DNA of 64,000 nucleotides from Alphaproteobacteria bacterium (GCA_965214705.1 CBDCCI010000002.1:2144001-2208000), one strand, 5' to 3'. Shown: positions 18,061 through 28,700, counted from the stretch's first letter. Made by a program: numbers and translations. The notes: generated by a model from the letters alone, not told the origin.

Positions 18061-18684
18061 TCAACCGAACTCGGGAACCGTTGCGACCGCGCTCTCGCGC
18101 TCGTCGATGGCGGCGTGCCAGCGGGCGATGTTGGCCCTGGGAGCCAGCAGCGTCTCGCCCTCCGCCGTCATCTTCAGATAGTGGAGGACGGGCAGCACCA
18201 TGTAGTCGGCGATCGAGGCCTCGCCGCCGGCGAAGCAGGCATTGCCTTCCAGCGCCCCGTCGAGCGCGATGAGCGCCTTGTCGGACTTTGGCACGCTGCT
18301 CTCGACCAGGGCCTCGTCGGGCTCGCCGCCCTGCGCGGGCACGATCAGGCGCTGCAGCACGATGTCGATCGCAGGCCGGTAGAGGTACTGGATGAAGACC
18401 GACGTCCACTGCCAGCAGCGGGCGTTGGCGACCGGGTCGTCCGGCTGCAGGGGCGGCCCGTCGAACGCATTGTCGATGTAGTTGCAGATCGCGAGCGACT
18501 CGTACATGCGCACGTCGCCGTGGGTCATGGCCGGCACCGACCCCCAGGGCTGCATCGCCAACTGCTCCGCCGACTGGGGCATGACGGGATCGAGCTCGTA
18601 GGGCACCCCCTTCTCCCTGCACGCCATGCGGCAGGTGCGGACATAGGTGCTCAGCGGTATGCCATGAATAATCAGTGTCGCCAT
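18061..18684 (-). CDS. Glutathione S-transferase family protein
   Basis: STYVR, PWGSVPAM, YESLAICNYID, SIADY; start at ATG 18684. Confidence 0.88.
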   Translation of the reverse strand: MATLIIHGIPLSTYVRTCRMACREKGVPYELDPVMPQSAEQLAMQPWGSVPAMTHGDVRMYESLAICNYIDNAFDGPPLQPDDPVANARCWQWTSVFIQYLYRPAIDIVLQRLIVPAQGGEPDEALVESSVPKSDKALIALDGALEGNACFAGGEASIADYMVLPVLHYLKMTAEGETLLAPRANIARWHAAIDERESAVATVPEFG

Positions 18685-18864
18685 CGTTCGCTCCCTCACT
18701 CCGGTCGGCGCGGCAGGGCCCTCCCCCGACCGCGCGCGCCTATCTTGCATATCCCGCTCGGGGTTGCACCGGGACCGCACCGTGAACGCATCGGGGCACG
18801 TTGTTCGCCGCCGGGCCCCTGACTATGCTCGCGGCATGAGGATGGCGCAGCGCGGAGGCGCAGC

Positions 18865-21117
18865 ATGCTGACGATCACCGGCTATCCCGACCGGATCAGC
18901 GTCCGGCCGGGCGAGACCATCAAGTTCCATGTGAACTGCGAGCATCCCACCTATCAGGCGGACATCGTGCGCCTGATCTGCGCGGACGACACGCCCGCCG
19001 GGCCCGGCTTCAAGGAACGGCCGATCCGCACCCCGGTGAGCAAGCGCCACAAGGGGCGCCGGCAGGTCATCCACGCGGGCTCCTACGCCCTGGTGGAGAG
19101 CCGGCCGCTGCTGGAGACGCTCGGCAGCTTCACCGTTCAGGCGATGATCTGGCCGACCACGCCAGGCAAGGGCGAGCAAGGCATCGTCACCAAGTGGGAC
19201 CCGCGCACCAAGACCGGCTTCGCGCTCGTCATCGACGATGCGGGCTCCGTCGCGCTCCGGCTCGGCATGGCCGACGGCACGGTGGAGACGGTCTCGGTCG
19301 GCAAGCCGCTGCTCGAGCGCCACTGGTATCTCGCCGCCGCCAGCTACGATGCCGAGTCCGGCCGGGTCACGGTCTATCAGGAGCCGCTGCTGCCCTACGC
19401 CCGCGTCGACGACGGCGGCACGAAGACGCGCAAGGTCGGGGCAGCTTCCGTCCGCAACGGCGCGCCCATCGTCATGGCCGGCATCTACAAGCGGCGCCAG
19501 AAGGGCCGCGCGCTGGTGGAGGGCCTCTACAACGGCAAGATCGATTCGCCCCGGCTGGTCGGCCGCGCGCTGGATCGTTTGGAGATCGAGCGCGTGCGGA
19601 ACGAGGCGGTCCCCGCCGGGCTCGCGCCCGACATCCTCTGCGCCTGGGATTTTTCGCGGGACATCACGTCGATCAAGATTTCCGACCGCTCCCCCAACCA
19701 TTGCCACGGGGAGATCGTCAACCTGCCCGCGCGCGGCATGACCGGCTGGAATTTTTCGGGCGAGGAGATGTGCTGGCGCCACGCACGGCACGAGTACGGC
19801 GCCATCCACTTCCACGACGACGATCTCTACGACGCCGGCTGGGAGGTGGACTTCGAATGGACCGTGCCGGCGCGCATGGCGAGCGGAGTCTACGCCGCGC
19901 GGCTCCGGGCCAAGGGAGCCGAGGAATACGTGCCCTTCGTGGTGCTGCCGGCGCCGGGGCGGGCCAATCGCGTGGCCTTCCTGCTGCCGACGGTCGAGTA
20001 CATGGCCTACGCCAACGAGCACCTGGCCTTCGACGGCCCGCTCGGCGAGCTCCTCACCGGCCAGCTACCCACGCTCAATGCGCAGCAGCTCTTCCTCAAC
20101 GAGCATCGCGAATACGGCTCGTCGCTCTACGACACCCATTCGGACGGCAGCGGCGTCTGCTACTCGTCTCGGCTGCGCCCGATCCTCAACATGCGCCCCA
20201 AGGCGGAGACACCCTGGGCCTGCGCCGGCGAGGACTCCACCAACGCGCGCGAGTTCATCCTCGACATGTACGTGGTGGACTGGCTCACCCACTTCGGCAT
20301 GGAGCACGACGTCATCACCGACGAGGACGTCGACCGCGAGGGCATCGACCTGCTCAAGCCCTACAACGTGCTGATCACCGGCGGCCACCCGGAGTACTAC
20401 TCCAAGGCCATGCGCAACGTCGTGCACGGCTTCACCCAGCAGGGCGGCCGGCTGATGTATCTCGGCGGCAACGGCTTCTACTGGCGCGTCGCCATGCACA
20501 AGGAGCTGCCGGGCGTGATCGAGGTGCGCCGCTGCGAGGCCGCGATCCGCACCTGGGAGGCGGACCCCGGCGAGTACTATCACAGCTTCACCGGCGAGTA
20601 CGGCGGCATCTGGCGCCACCAGGGGGACTTCGCCCCCCAGCGCCTGGCGGGCGTCGGCTTCGTCGCCGAGGGCTTCGACAAGTCTTCCTACTATCGGCGC
20701 ATGCCGGGCAGTTTCGACCCTCGCGCGCAGTTCATCTTCGAGGGGATCGGCGCGGACGAGCTGATCGGCGACTTCGGCTATCACGGCGAGGGCGCGGCCG
20801 GCAACGAGCTGGACGGCACCGACCCCCGTCTCGGCACGCCACCGCACGCGCTGGTCCTCGCGCGCTCGGAAGACCACACCGACCTCTACCTGGTGGTGAA
20901 CGAGGAGGTGCTGGTGAACCATGCCGGCCTGGGCGGCACCGAGCACGAGAAGGTCAGGGCCGACATGGTCTTCTACGAGACGCCCAACGGTGGCGCGGTG
21001 TTCTCGGTGGGCTCGATCTGCTATCCCGCGAGCCTGCCGTGGAACGGCTACGACAACAACATCGCGAGGCTTACGACCAACGTACTCCGCCGCTTCGCCG
21101 ACCCCGAACCGTTTTGA
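18865..21117 (+). CDS. N,N-dimethylformamidase large (beta) subunit family protein
   Basis: GYPDRISVRPGE, YMAYANEH, SLYDTHSDGSGV, GGHPEYYS, MYLGGNGFYW, GAAGNELD, GGAVFSVGSI. Confidence 0.88.
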   Translation: MLTITGYPDRISVRPGETIKFHVNCEHPTYQADIVRLICADDTPAGPGFKERPIRTPVSKRHKGRRQVIHAGSYALVESRPLLETLGSFTVQAMIWPTTPGKGEQGIVTKWDPRTKTGFALVIDDAGSVALRLGMADGTVETVSVGKPLLERHWYLAAASYDAESGRVTVYQEPLLPYARVDDGGTKTRKVGAASVRNGAPIVMAGIYKRRQKGRALVEGLYNGKIDSPRLVGRALDRLEIERVRNEAVPAGLAPDILCAWDFSRDITSIKISDRSPNHCHGEIVNLPARGMTGWNFSGEEMCWRHARHEYGAIHFHDDDLYDAGWEVDFEWTVPARMASGVYAARLRAKGAEEYVPFVVLPAPGRANRVAFLLPTVEYMAYANEHLAFDGPLGELLTGQLPTLNAQQLFLNEHREYGSSLYDTHSDGSGVCYSSRLRPILNMRPKAETPWACAGEDSTNAREFILDMYVVDWLTHFGMEHDVITDEDVDREGIDLLKPYNVLITGGHPEYYSKAMRNVVHGFTQQGGRLMYLGGNGFYWRVAMHKELPGVIEVRRCEAAIRTWEADPGEYYHSFTGEYGGIWRHQGDFAPQRLAGVGFVAEGFDKSSYYRRMPGSFDPRAQFIFEGIGADELIGDFGYHGEGAAGNELDGTDPRLGTPPHALVLARSEDHTDLYLVVNEEVLVNHAGLGGTEHEKVRADMVFYETPNGGAVFSVGSICYPASLPWNGYDNNIARLTTNVLRRFADPEPF

Positions 21118-21128
21118 GGACGCCCGAC

Positions 21129-21671
21129 ATGCCAGGCTATGTGATCGCCGATGTGAGCGTGACCGATCCCGAGACTTACGCGGACTACCGGGCGCTGACG
21201 CCGGGCTCGATTGCGGCGTTCGAGGGGCGGTTCCTCGTGCGCGGCGGCGAGCACGAGGTCATCGCCGGCGGCTGGCAGCCCGGCCGGCTGGTGCTGCTGG
21301 AGTTCGAGAGCCCAGCGCGTGCCGCAAGCTGGTACGATTCGCCGGCCTACGTAGAAGCACGGGCTATTCGCCAGCGTGCATCGACCGGCCACATGGTCCA
21401 TCTCGAAGGCGACGGGGCTGCACAGGGTGGCGGCCACTACCTGATCCTGCGCGGAGCGAGCGGCGAGTCCGACATCGATCCCGCCAGCATCGCCGCTTGC
21501 GGTGGGCGGGTGCTGTCGAGCGGTCGAGCGCCAACGGTCAAGGAAGGCACCTGGCCCGACGGCAGCATGATGGTGCTCGAATTCGACGACCGCGCAGCGG
21601 CGGAGGCCTGGCGCGAGTCGGCAGACGCCCAGCGGCTAGAGGGAGCGGCAGTTCTGGTCGAGGGCGCGTAA
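21129..21671 (+). CDS. DUF1330 family protein (tandem domains)
   Basis: MPGYVIADV.VTDPE.Y..Y, GRFLVRGG, LLEFES...A..WY.SP.Y; second degenerate repeat. Confidence 0.8.
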   Translation: MPGYVIADVSVTDPETYADYRALTPGSIAAFEGRFLVRGGEHEVIAGGWQPGRLVLLEFESPARAASWYDSPAYVEARAIRQRASTGHMVHLEGDGAAQGGGHYLILRGASGESDIDPASIAACGGRVLSSGRAPTVKEGTWPDGSMMVLEFDDRAAAEAWRESADAQRLEGAAVLVEGA

Positions 21672-21680
21672 GCCCTTGCG

Positions 21681-22898
21681 TCAGGCAGGCGCGCCGACGA
21701 TACCGCGATCGTGTAGCGCGCCGATGGCACCGTCGCTGAGGCCCAGCACCTCCGCCAGAATCTCGTCGGTGTGCTGGCCGAGCTGCGGCCCCGGCGCGAC
21801 CTCCCCGCGGGGAGACGCGGCGAAGTCCAGCGGCGAGCCCGGCGTCAGCACAGGCCCGATCCCCGGCTGATCGATCCGCTGAAACAGCGGATTGGCGGTC
21901 GAGCAGAAGGGGTCTTCCTCCACCATCTGGCTGTGGCTGCGGAACGGCCCCCAGAGCACGCCGGCTTCGGTGAGACGGGCGCCCACCTCCTCCAGGCTGA
22001 GCGAGGCGAACCAGGGCTCCAGCGCAGCGCGAAGCTGTTCCCGCACCTCCCAGCGGTCGGCCTCGTCGGCAAGATTGACGCCGTGCTCCGCCTCGATCCG
22101 AGCGAAGGTCTCCGTAAGTCCGGCCGCCTGCCCCAGCGCCTTCACGTGGCGCGGCGTCACCACCACCAGCATGACACAGCGGCCGTCGCGGGTCGCGAAG
22201 TCGCCGCCGAAGGTGCCGTACATGTCGTTGCCGATACGCGGCCGCTCGGCGCCGTTGATCTCGACATCGCCGATGTAACCCAGCGAGCCCGTGATGTGAT
22301 AGGCGACGTCGGCCAGGCTGAGCCGCACCTCCTGCCCCTCGCCGGTGCGACTCCGGTGGCGCTCGGCGGCGAGCAGGCCAATGGCGGCGGTAAGCCCGCA
22401 GGTCAGGTCCCAGCCCGGCAGGACGTTGTTCACCGGCTCGTCCAGGTCCGCCGGCCCGGTCACGTAAGGCCAGCCCATGCGCGCGTTCACGGTGTAGTCG
22501 ACCGCGACCGTGCCATCCGGATTGCCGATGATGCGCAGCATGATGAGGTCTTCGCGCCTGGCGCTCAGCGTCTCGTAAGAGAGCCAGTCTCCCACCTGCA
22601 GATTGGTCAGAAAGATGCCGGCCTCCGGCCCCGGCGCGGTGATGAGGGCCGCCACCAGCTCTCGCCCTTCGGCCTCGCGCAGATTGACGGCGAAGGACCG
22701 CTTGCCCTTGTTCATGCCGGCCCAGTAGATGCTCTCGTTCTCGGGCGTGACCGGCCAGCGCCGGTAGTCGAGGCCACCGCTAAGCGGGTCGAAGCGGATC
22801 ACGTCCGCGCCCATCTGGGCGAGAGTCATGCCGCCGAGCGGGGCGGCGACGAAGGCCGAGCCTTCGACCACACGCAGGCCCTTGAGAATACCGTTCAC
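21681..22898 (-). CDS. mct: Family III CoA transferase, mesaconyl-CoA C1-C4 CoA transferase (2-methylfumaryl-CoA isomerase)-like
   Basis: GILKGLRVVEGSAFVAAPLGGMTLAQMGADVIRFD..GGLDYRRWP, VDYTVN, catalytic Asp in PGWD; closely follows the Chloroflexus Mct sequence as recalled. Confidence 0.8.
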   Translation of the reverse strand: MNGILKGLRVVEGSAFVAAPLGGMTLAQMGADVIRFDPLSGGLDYRRWPVTPENESIYWAGMNKGKRSFAVNLREAEGRELVAALITAPGPEAGIFLTNLQVGDWLSYETLSARREDLIMLRIIGNPDGTVAVDYTVNARMGWPYVTGPADLDEPVNNVLPGWDLTCGLTAAIGLLAAERHRSRTGEGQEVRLSLADVAYHITGSLGYIGDVEINGAERPRIGNDMYGTFGGDFATRDGRCVMLVVVTPRHVKALGQAAGLTETFARIEAEHGVNLADEADRWEVREQLRAALEPWFASLSLEEVGARLTEAGVLWGPFRSHSQMVEEDPFCSTANPLFQRIDQPGIGPVLTPGSPLDFAASPRGEVAPGPQLGQHTDEILAEVLGLSDGAIGALHDRGIVGAPA

Positions 22899-22985
22899 GC
22901 CCTCTCCTCCCCGCTCTCTCCGCTTCGCCGAGCCAGGACGCCCGGCTTTGGCTAGGGCGCTGTGTAGTGGTCGCGTGGGCTGCGA

Positions 22986-25900
22986 TCAACCGTCGCTTTC
23001 GCGCAGCCTGAGAGCCGGTGACGCATCGTCCTCGACGGCCCTCTCGCCTCCGGCCGTCGGGCGGCCGAAGAGAGCGGCGATGTCGCCCTGAATCGCGAGC
23101 AGGCACGGCACCAGGATCAGCACGATCAGGGTCACGCCGAGCAGGCCGAAGACGATGGTGACCGCCATGGGCTTCAGGAACTGCGCCTGAAGGCTGGTCT
23201 CGAACAGCAAGGGCGTGAGGCCGAAGATCGTGGTCACCGAAGTCAGAATGACGGCACGCAGACGATCCCTCGCGCCGCCGACCAGGGCCTCCATCAGCGG
23301 TTCGCCGGCGTCGAGACGCTCCTGGATCGCGCGCACGAGGATGATCGAATCGTTGACCACGATGCCGCTCAGCCCGAGCAGCGCCATCATGCTCAGAACG
23401 GTGAGGTCGTAGCCCAGAACGAAATGGCCGAAGACGGCGCCAACCGCACCGAAGGGAATCACGGCCATGACGAAGATGGGCCGCGAGTAGCTGGAGAACA
23501 CCCAGGCCAGAATGAGATAAATCGCAACCAGGGCGACCACGGCGCCGGTCATCATGTCGCCCATGGTCGTCGCCTGTTCCTCGGCCTTGCCGCGCAGCAG
23601 GACGCCGACGCCGTACTTTTGCGCGGTCTCCGGCAGACCCTCAACCTGGAGCGCGTCCAGGACCTCGTCGGTGTTGGTGGTCGATTCGTCGATTTCCGCC
23701 GTGACGGCGATCATGCGCTGGCCGTCCTCGCGGCGGATGCTCGCGAACCCGGTTGCCTCGTCAAAGTCGACCACTTCGGCGAGCGGCACTTCGACGCCTG
23801 CGGGACTGCGCAGATAGAAGCGCCGCAAATCGCCTTCGGTGAGGGCTTCGTGCGGCAGGCGGACACGGATCGCGACCTCTTCGTCGCCCCGCGCGAAACG
23901 CCTCGCGATCACGCCCTCGAAGGCGGCGCGCACCTGGCGCGCGGCGCTCTCCGTGGTGAAGCCGAGGGCGCGGCCGCGCGCATTGACGGTAAGGATCGCC
24001 TCCTGCTTGCCGTAAGGGGTGTTGTCCTCGATGTCGCTCACACCTGGGAAACGGCCGAGCAACACGCTCACCTCGCCTGCCGCCGCCTTGAGCGCCTGCA
24101 CGTCGTCGCCCGCGATCCGAATGTCGATCTCGCGGCCGGGTGGCCCCGCTGCACGCTCGAGGATCGTCATGGTCTCCAGCCCCGGCAGCGGGCGCACCCG
24201 CTTGCGCCATTCCTCGATCAGCGCCTGCGTGCGGATGGTGCGCCGATCCGATGGCTGCAACTCGACCCGCATGGCGCCCACGTGGTCGCCGGTGCCGAGG
24301 AAGAACGTGTTGGGACGGGACGCCGGCTTGCCGACCTGGCCGAGGCTCATGACCACGAGGCCGCCGGCGCCCTCTGTCAGCGCGCGCTCGGCCTCGTCCA
24401 GCGCCCGCCCGAGCTCGTCCACCATGGCGGCCGTGGTCTCCCGCTTGGTGCCCTCGACGAAGGTGACGTTGGCGACCACAGAGTCCGCTTCGGGCGAGGG
24501 GAAGAAAACGAATGAGATACGCCCGCCCCCGATCAGCCCTATGAACAGCAGCAGCAGGCCGATCGCGACGGCGACGGTGAGGTATCGCCAGGCGACGCAG
24601 GCCCGCACGGCGCGGGCGAACAGCCCGTCGCGGAACGCCTCGAAGCGCGGGTTGAACCATCGTGCGAATCTGTTTTCCCCGCGTGGATCGGTCTTCAAAC
24701 CGATCCGCAGATGGCCGGGCAACACCAGGAAGCACTCGATCAGGCTCGCGACGAGCACGGCCACGATCACCAGGGGAATGGCCCCGATGATCTCGCCGAT
24801 CTGGCCAGACACCATGAAGAGCGGCAGGAAGGCGGCGACGCTTGTCAGCGTCGCCGCCATCACCGGCGCCAGCATTCGTCGGGCGCCGAGTTCCGCCGCG
24901 TCGGCCGGGCCGGCGCCCGCGGCGCGCTGAGTTACAGCATGCTCGCCGACCACGATGGCGTCGTCCACGATGATGCCGATAGCCATGATGAGCGCGAACA
25001 GGCTCACCATGTTGATCGTCTGGCCGGTCAGCATCATCACGCCGAGGGTGGCGAGCAGCGAGACGGGAATGCCGACCGTGACCCAGAAGGCGACCCGCGT
25101 GCTCAGGAAGATGAACAGCACCAGCACCACCAGAGCCAGCCCGCTCGCGCCGTTGCGGAGCAGCATGTTGATGCGGTCGTCGATGAGTTCGGCCGCATTG
25201 TCGTAGTGCTCGACGACCAGAGTCGGTGGCAGCGTCGGCCGCATCTCCTCGAGAAAGTCATCGAGGATGCCCGCCTGCTCCAGCGCATCGGACGTGCTCG
25301 CCCGCCGCACCTGTAGCTCGATGGCGGGGTAGCCCGCCCTGTACGCGACAGCATCCCGCTCGTTGAAGCGTTCGCTGATGGTCGCGATATCGCGGAGGTG
25401 GACCTTGGCCCCGTCCTCGCGCGCGATGATCTCGACCTGGCCGATCTCATCGGCCGATCTGGCAAGGCCCAGGCTTCGGATCTGCTTGTTGGTGCCGGCA
25501 GGGACGATGCCGGAAGGCTGGTCGGCCGAGCTCGTACCGATCCGCGACGCGATATCGCCGAGCGTGAGGTCGAGCTGGCGCAGACGCCCCTCCCCGACCT
25601 CGACCCAGATTTCCTCGCGCCGGCTGCCGAACAGGTCAACCTTGTCGACGCCAGCGGCAAGCAGACGCTCCCGGATGTCCTTGGCGTGGGCACGCAGCGC
25701 CGCCTCGGAGAACGGGCCGGAAACGACGATATTGCCTATGTTCTCGTAGAAGTAGAGGCGGTTGACGACCGGCCTCTCAGAGTCCTCCGGCAGCGTCTCG
25801 ACCCGATCCACGGCGTTCTCGACATTGGCCAGCGCCGTATCGAGGTTCGTCCCCGGCTCGAACTCCACGACGACCGAGCCGATGCCTTCCACGGACTGCG

Positions 25901-26159
25901 CGAAGACGCGCTTGACCCCGTCGAGGAAGCGGACCTCCGGCTCGATCGCCGCGACGATGTTGGTATCCACGTCCTCGGCGCTGGCGCCGGGCCAGGTCAC
26001 GCTGACCGAGACCCATTCGACGGCGAAGGTAGGGAAGAACTGAGTGTTCATGCGCGCGAGTCCGAGCGCGCCGAACAGAATCATCAGCACCATCACCAGA
26101 TTGGCGGCCGTGCGGTGGCGCGTGAACAGCGCGATCAGACCGCGACCGGTCTGGCTCAT
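22986..26159 (-). CDS. RND efflux transporter permease (AcrB/AcrD/AcrF family)
   Basis: 1057 aa, GIIVDDAIVVGE, SGIVVNDSI, RLRAVILTSVTT. Confidence 0.95.
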   Translation of the reverse strand: MSQTGRGLIALFTRHRTAANLVMVLMILFGALGLARMNTQFFPTFAVEWVSVSVTWPGASAEDVDTNIVAAIEPEVRFLDGVKRVFAQSVEGIGSVVVEFEPGTNLDTALANVENAVDRVETLPEDSERPVVNRLYFYENIGNIVVSGPFSEAALRAHAKDIRERLLAAGVDKVDLFGSRREEIWVEVGEGRLRQLDLTLGDIASRIGTSSADQPSGIVPAGTNKQIRSLGLARSADEIGQVEIIAREDGAKVHLRDIATISERFNERDAVAYRAGYPAIELQVRRASTSDALEQAGILDDFLEEMRPTLPPTLVVEHYDNAAELIDDRINMLLRNGASGLALVVLVLFIFLSTRVAFWVTVGIPVSLLATLGVMMLTGQTINMVSLFALIMAIGIIVDDAIVVGEHAVTQRAAGAGPADAAELGARRMLAPVMAATLTSVAAFLPLFMVSGQIGEIIGAIPLVIVAVLVASLIECFLVLPGHLRIGLKTDPRGENRFARWFNPRFEAFRDGLFARAVRACVAWRYLTVAVAIGLLLLFIGLIGGGRISFVFFPSPEADSVVANVTFVEGTKRETTAAMVDELGRALDEAERALTEGAGGLVVMSLGQVGKPASRPNTFFLGTGDHVGAMRVELQPSDRRTIRTQALIEEWRKRVRPLPGLETMTILERAAGPPGREIDIRIAGDDVQALKAAAGEVSVLLGRFPGVSDIEDNTPYGKQEAILTVNARGRALGFTTESAARQVRAAFEGVIARRFARGDEEVAIRVRLPHEALTEGDLRRFYLRSPAGVEVPLAEVVDFDEATGFASIRREDGQRMIAVTAEIDESTTNTDEVLDALQVEGLPETAQKYGVGVLLRGKAEEQATTMGDMMTGAVVALVAIYLILAWVFSSYSRPIFVMAVIPFGAVGAVFGHFVLGYDLTVLSMMALLGLSGIVVNDSIILVRAIQERLDAGEPLMEALVGGARDRLRAVILTSVTTIFGLTPLLFETSLQAQFLKPMAVTIVFGLLGVTLIVLILVPCLLAIQGDIAALFGRPTAGGERAVEDDASPALRLRESDG

Positions 26160-27412
26160 CGCACCTCGACTTTGACGCCGGGTCCGATCTCGGGGAAGCG
26201 CGTCGTGGCGACGCTCTCGCCCTCGATGATCCCGCCGGATACCACGACGTCGTTGCCGACGCGCGCGAGCAGCGCCACCGGCCGGGGCTCGAGCCGGCCG
26301 TCTATGACCGCGTAGACCGTATCGCCGCCGACCAGCGCCGTCTCCGGCAACTGCGTGGCCCCCCGGTACACGCGGTCCGGTATGCGAACTTCCACGAAGG
26401 CGCCGGGGCGGAGCGGCAGCGCAGCCGCGTCATGCTCGATCCGCGCATACACGCGAACCCCGCCGCTCGCCGCGTCGACCTCGCCGTCGGCCCTCTGGAT
26501 CACCGCGCGGAAGGGGAAGTTGCGGTCGCCCGCACGCCACGTCACCTCTACCGGGCGCCCGCGAAGACCCGCGGCAGAGGAGATAAGCCGCCCGTAGTCC
26601 GCATCGCTCAGATGAATTTGGATGTCTAGCTGGGCTTGATCCAGCAAACGCACCACGCGATCGTTCACGCCGAGCCGCTTGCCGAGTGCCGCGGAAATTG
26701 ACGTCAGATACCCGTCGAAGGGTGCGACCAGCCGTGTGTTCGAAAGGTCTCGCTCGGCTCGTTCCAGCGCTACGGTGCTGCGCGCAATCACCGCCTCCTG
26801 CCGCGCGATCCGCGCGCGCAAGCCCGCAATCCGGCGCTCCGTCGCCGCCAGCGCCCGCACCCGCTCGCTCCGGCGCACCAGGGCATCGTCGACCGTCTTC
26901 TGTGCGGCGGTGCCTTTGGCGAGCAGTGCCTCCCGCCGTTCCAGCTCGCGCTCCGCCAACGCCAGTTGGGTGCGATCTGCCGTGAGTCCCGCCTCTTCCG
27001 CTCCCAGCTCCGCCCCGGTCTCCGAAAGCTGCGCCCGCGCCTCGGCCAGTGCCGCCTCCGCCTCCGTGACCGCTGCGCGATACTCGAAGGGGTCGATCTC
27101 CACCAGCAGCTCGCCGGCCTGCACCGTGCCGCCGTTCACGAAGTTCCGGCCCACGGCCACCACCGGCCCCGCCACCAGCGCCCGCAGCTCCACATCGCGG
27201 TGCGCCACCACCTCGCCGTAGGCACCGATGGAGGGCTGCACGTCGGCGATACGCACGGTCGCGGCGGCGATCGGCCGGGCACGCTCCGCCGGGCCGGTGC
27301 GCTCGATCTCGGGCCGCGTCGCCTGCAGGTAGCCGACCGCCAACACCGCGCACACCAGCGTGAGCAGCGGCAGCACGACCTTCAGCGTGCGAAAGCGGCG
27401 GCGTTTGGCCAA
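26156..27412 (-). CDS. RND periplasmic adaptor (membrane fusion protein)
   Basis: N-terminal TM, lipoyl motifs (V.AGELLVEID; LVAPFDG), coiled coil; overlaps the permease start. Confidence 0.92.
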   Translation of the reverse strand: MAKRRRFRTLKVVLPLLTLVCAVLAVGYLQATRPEIERTGPAERARPIAAATVRIADVQPSIGAYGEVVAHRDVELRALVAGPVVAVGRNFVNGGTVQAGELLVEIDPFEYRAAVTEAEAALAEARAQLSETGAELGAEEAGLTADRTQLALAERELERREALLAKGTAAQKTVDDALVRRSERVRALAATERRIAGLRARIARQEAVIARSTVALERAERDLSNTRLVAPFDGYLTSISAALGKRLGVNDRVVRLLDQAQLDIQIHLSDADYGRLISSAAGLRGRPVEVTWRAGDRNFPFRAVIQRADGEVDAASGGVRVYARIEHDAAALPLRPGAFVEVRIPDRVYRGATQLPETALVGGDTVYAVIDGRLEPRPVALLARVGNDVVVSGGIIEGESVATTRFPEIGPGVKVEVR

Positions 27413-27518
27413 CTGCGGCCTCCCCTTACTCCCCTACTCGGCAACCTGTGGTGGGCGGCCTTGTGCCGCCGCCATACCGCGGCGACAATCCCCGCCCGCC
27501 ACACGGATGGTGACGCGA

Positions 27519-28688
27519 ATGTCCGGCACTCATTACGATCCCATCGAAATGATCGAGCGACTCGTGTCTTTCGACACGACAAGTCGCGAGTCAAACCTCG
27601 CGTTGATCCACTTCGTGCGCGACTATCTCGCCTCGCACGGTATTGATTCTACACTTATTCATGACGAAACGGGAAACAAGGCGAATCTTTACGCCACGGT
27701 CGGCCCCAGCGATGTGCCGGGAATAGCACTCTCGGGCCACACCGACGTGGTGCCGGTGGATGGCCAGCCCTGGGACACGGACCCGTTCAGCGTCGTAGAG
27801 AAAGACGGCCGCCTCTACGGGCGCGGCACCTCTGACATGAAGAGCTTTAGCGCCATTGCGCTCGCCCTCGTGCCCGAATTCACCGCCCGTCCGCTCAAGA
27901 CTCCCATTCATTTCGCGCTCTCCTTCGACGAGGAGGTCGGCTGCTTAGGCGCGCCGCTGATGATCGACCGGCTTGGCCACGAGCTGGGCGTCAAGCCGCA
28001 TATCGTGATCGTGGGCGAGCCGACGAACATGGCGGTGGTGAATGCCCACAAGGGTGTCTATAGCTTCGAGACCCGCGTGCGCGGGCTGGAGGTCCATTCC
28101 AGCGCCACCCATCTCGGCGTGAACGCGGTGCAGTACGCCGCGATGTTGGTCCACTTCCTGACCGAAATCGCGGACGAAATGGCCGCGCGTGCCGAACCCG
28201 AGAGCGGCTTCGATCCGCCGTACACGACGGTCCATGTCGGCACGATCCGAGGCGGAACGGCCCAGAATATCGTGCCGCTCGACTGCAAATTCACCTGGGA
28301 ATACCGGCTGGTACCGGGGGCGAACCCTGACGAGATTCGCAGCCGCTTCGAGCGTTTCGCCGAGGAGACCGTGCTGCCGCGCATGCGTGCGGTCGATCCG
28401 GCGACCGGAATCTCCACGAAGGCCCGCGCTGTCGTGCCAGGCCTGGTGCCGGAGGACGGCTCGCCGGCCGAGGCGATCGTGATGGCGCTGGCGCGCACCA
28501 ATCACACCGAGGTGGTGGCCTACGGCACGGAGGCGGGGCAGTTCCAGGAAGCCGGGATCCCGACCGTGATCTGCGGGCCGGGCAGCATCCGCCAGGCGCA
28601 CCAGCCCAACGAATACATCGAGATGAGCGAGGTCCGCGCCTGCGAGGCCTTCATGCGCCGCCTGCTCGACGAGGTGTGCGCGGCCTGA
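27519..28688 (+). CDS. argE: Acetylornithine deacetylase (M20)
   Basis: LSGHTDVVP, GRGTSDMK, DEEVGC, GEPT, YGTEAG, GPGSIRQAHQPNEY. Confidence 0.9.
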   Translation: MSGTHYDPIEMIERLVSFDTTSRESNLALIHFVRDYLASHGIDSTLIHDETGNKANLYATVGPSDVPGIALSGHTDVVPVDGQPWDTDPFSVVEKDGRLYGRGTSDMKSFSAIALALVPEFTARPLKTPIHFALSFDEEVGCLGAPLMIDRLGHELGVKPHIVIVGEPTNMAVVNAHKGVYSFETRVRGLEVHSSATHLGVNAVQYAAMLVHFLTEIADEMAARAEPESGFDPPYTTVHVGTIRGGTAQNIVPLDCKFTWEYRLVPGANPDEIRSRFERFAEETVLPRMRAVDPATGISTKARAVVPGLVPEDGSPAEAIVMALARTNHTEVVAYGTEAGQFQEAGIPTVICGPGSIRQAHQPNEYIEMSEVRACEAFMRRLLDEVCAA

Positions 28689-28700
28689 TGGCGGGGCGGA

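Noticed and set aside
19194-21671. 825-aa ORF and similar long alternative-frame ORFs (13485-15044, 53444-55645)
   Set aside because: GC-rich frame artefacts; only the 3' parts of the first two (DUF1330, modC) are real genes
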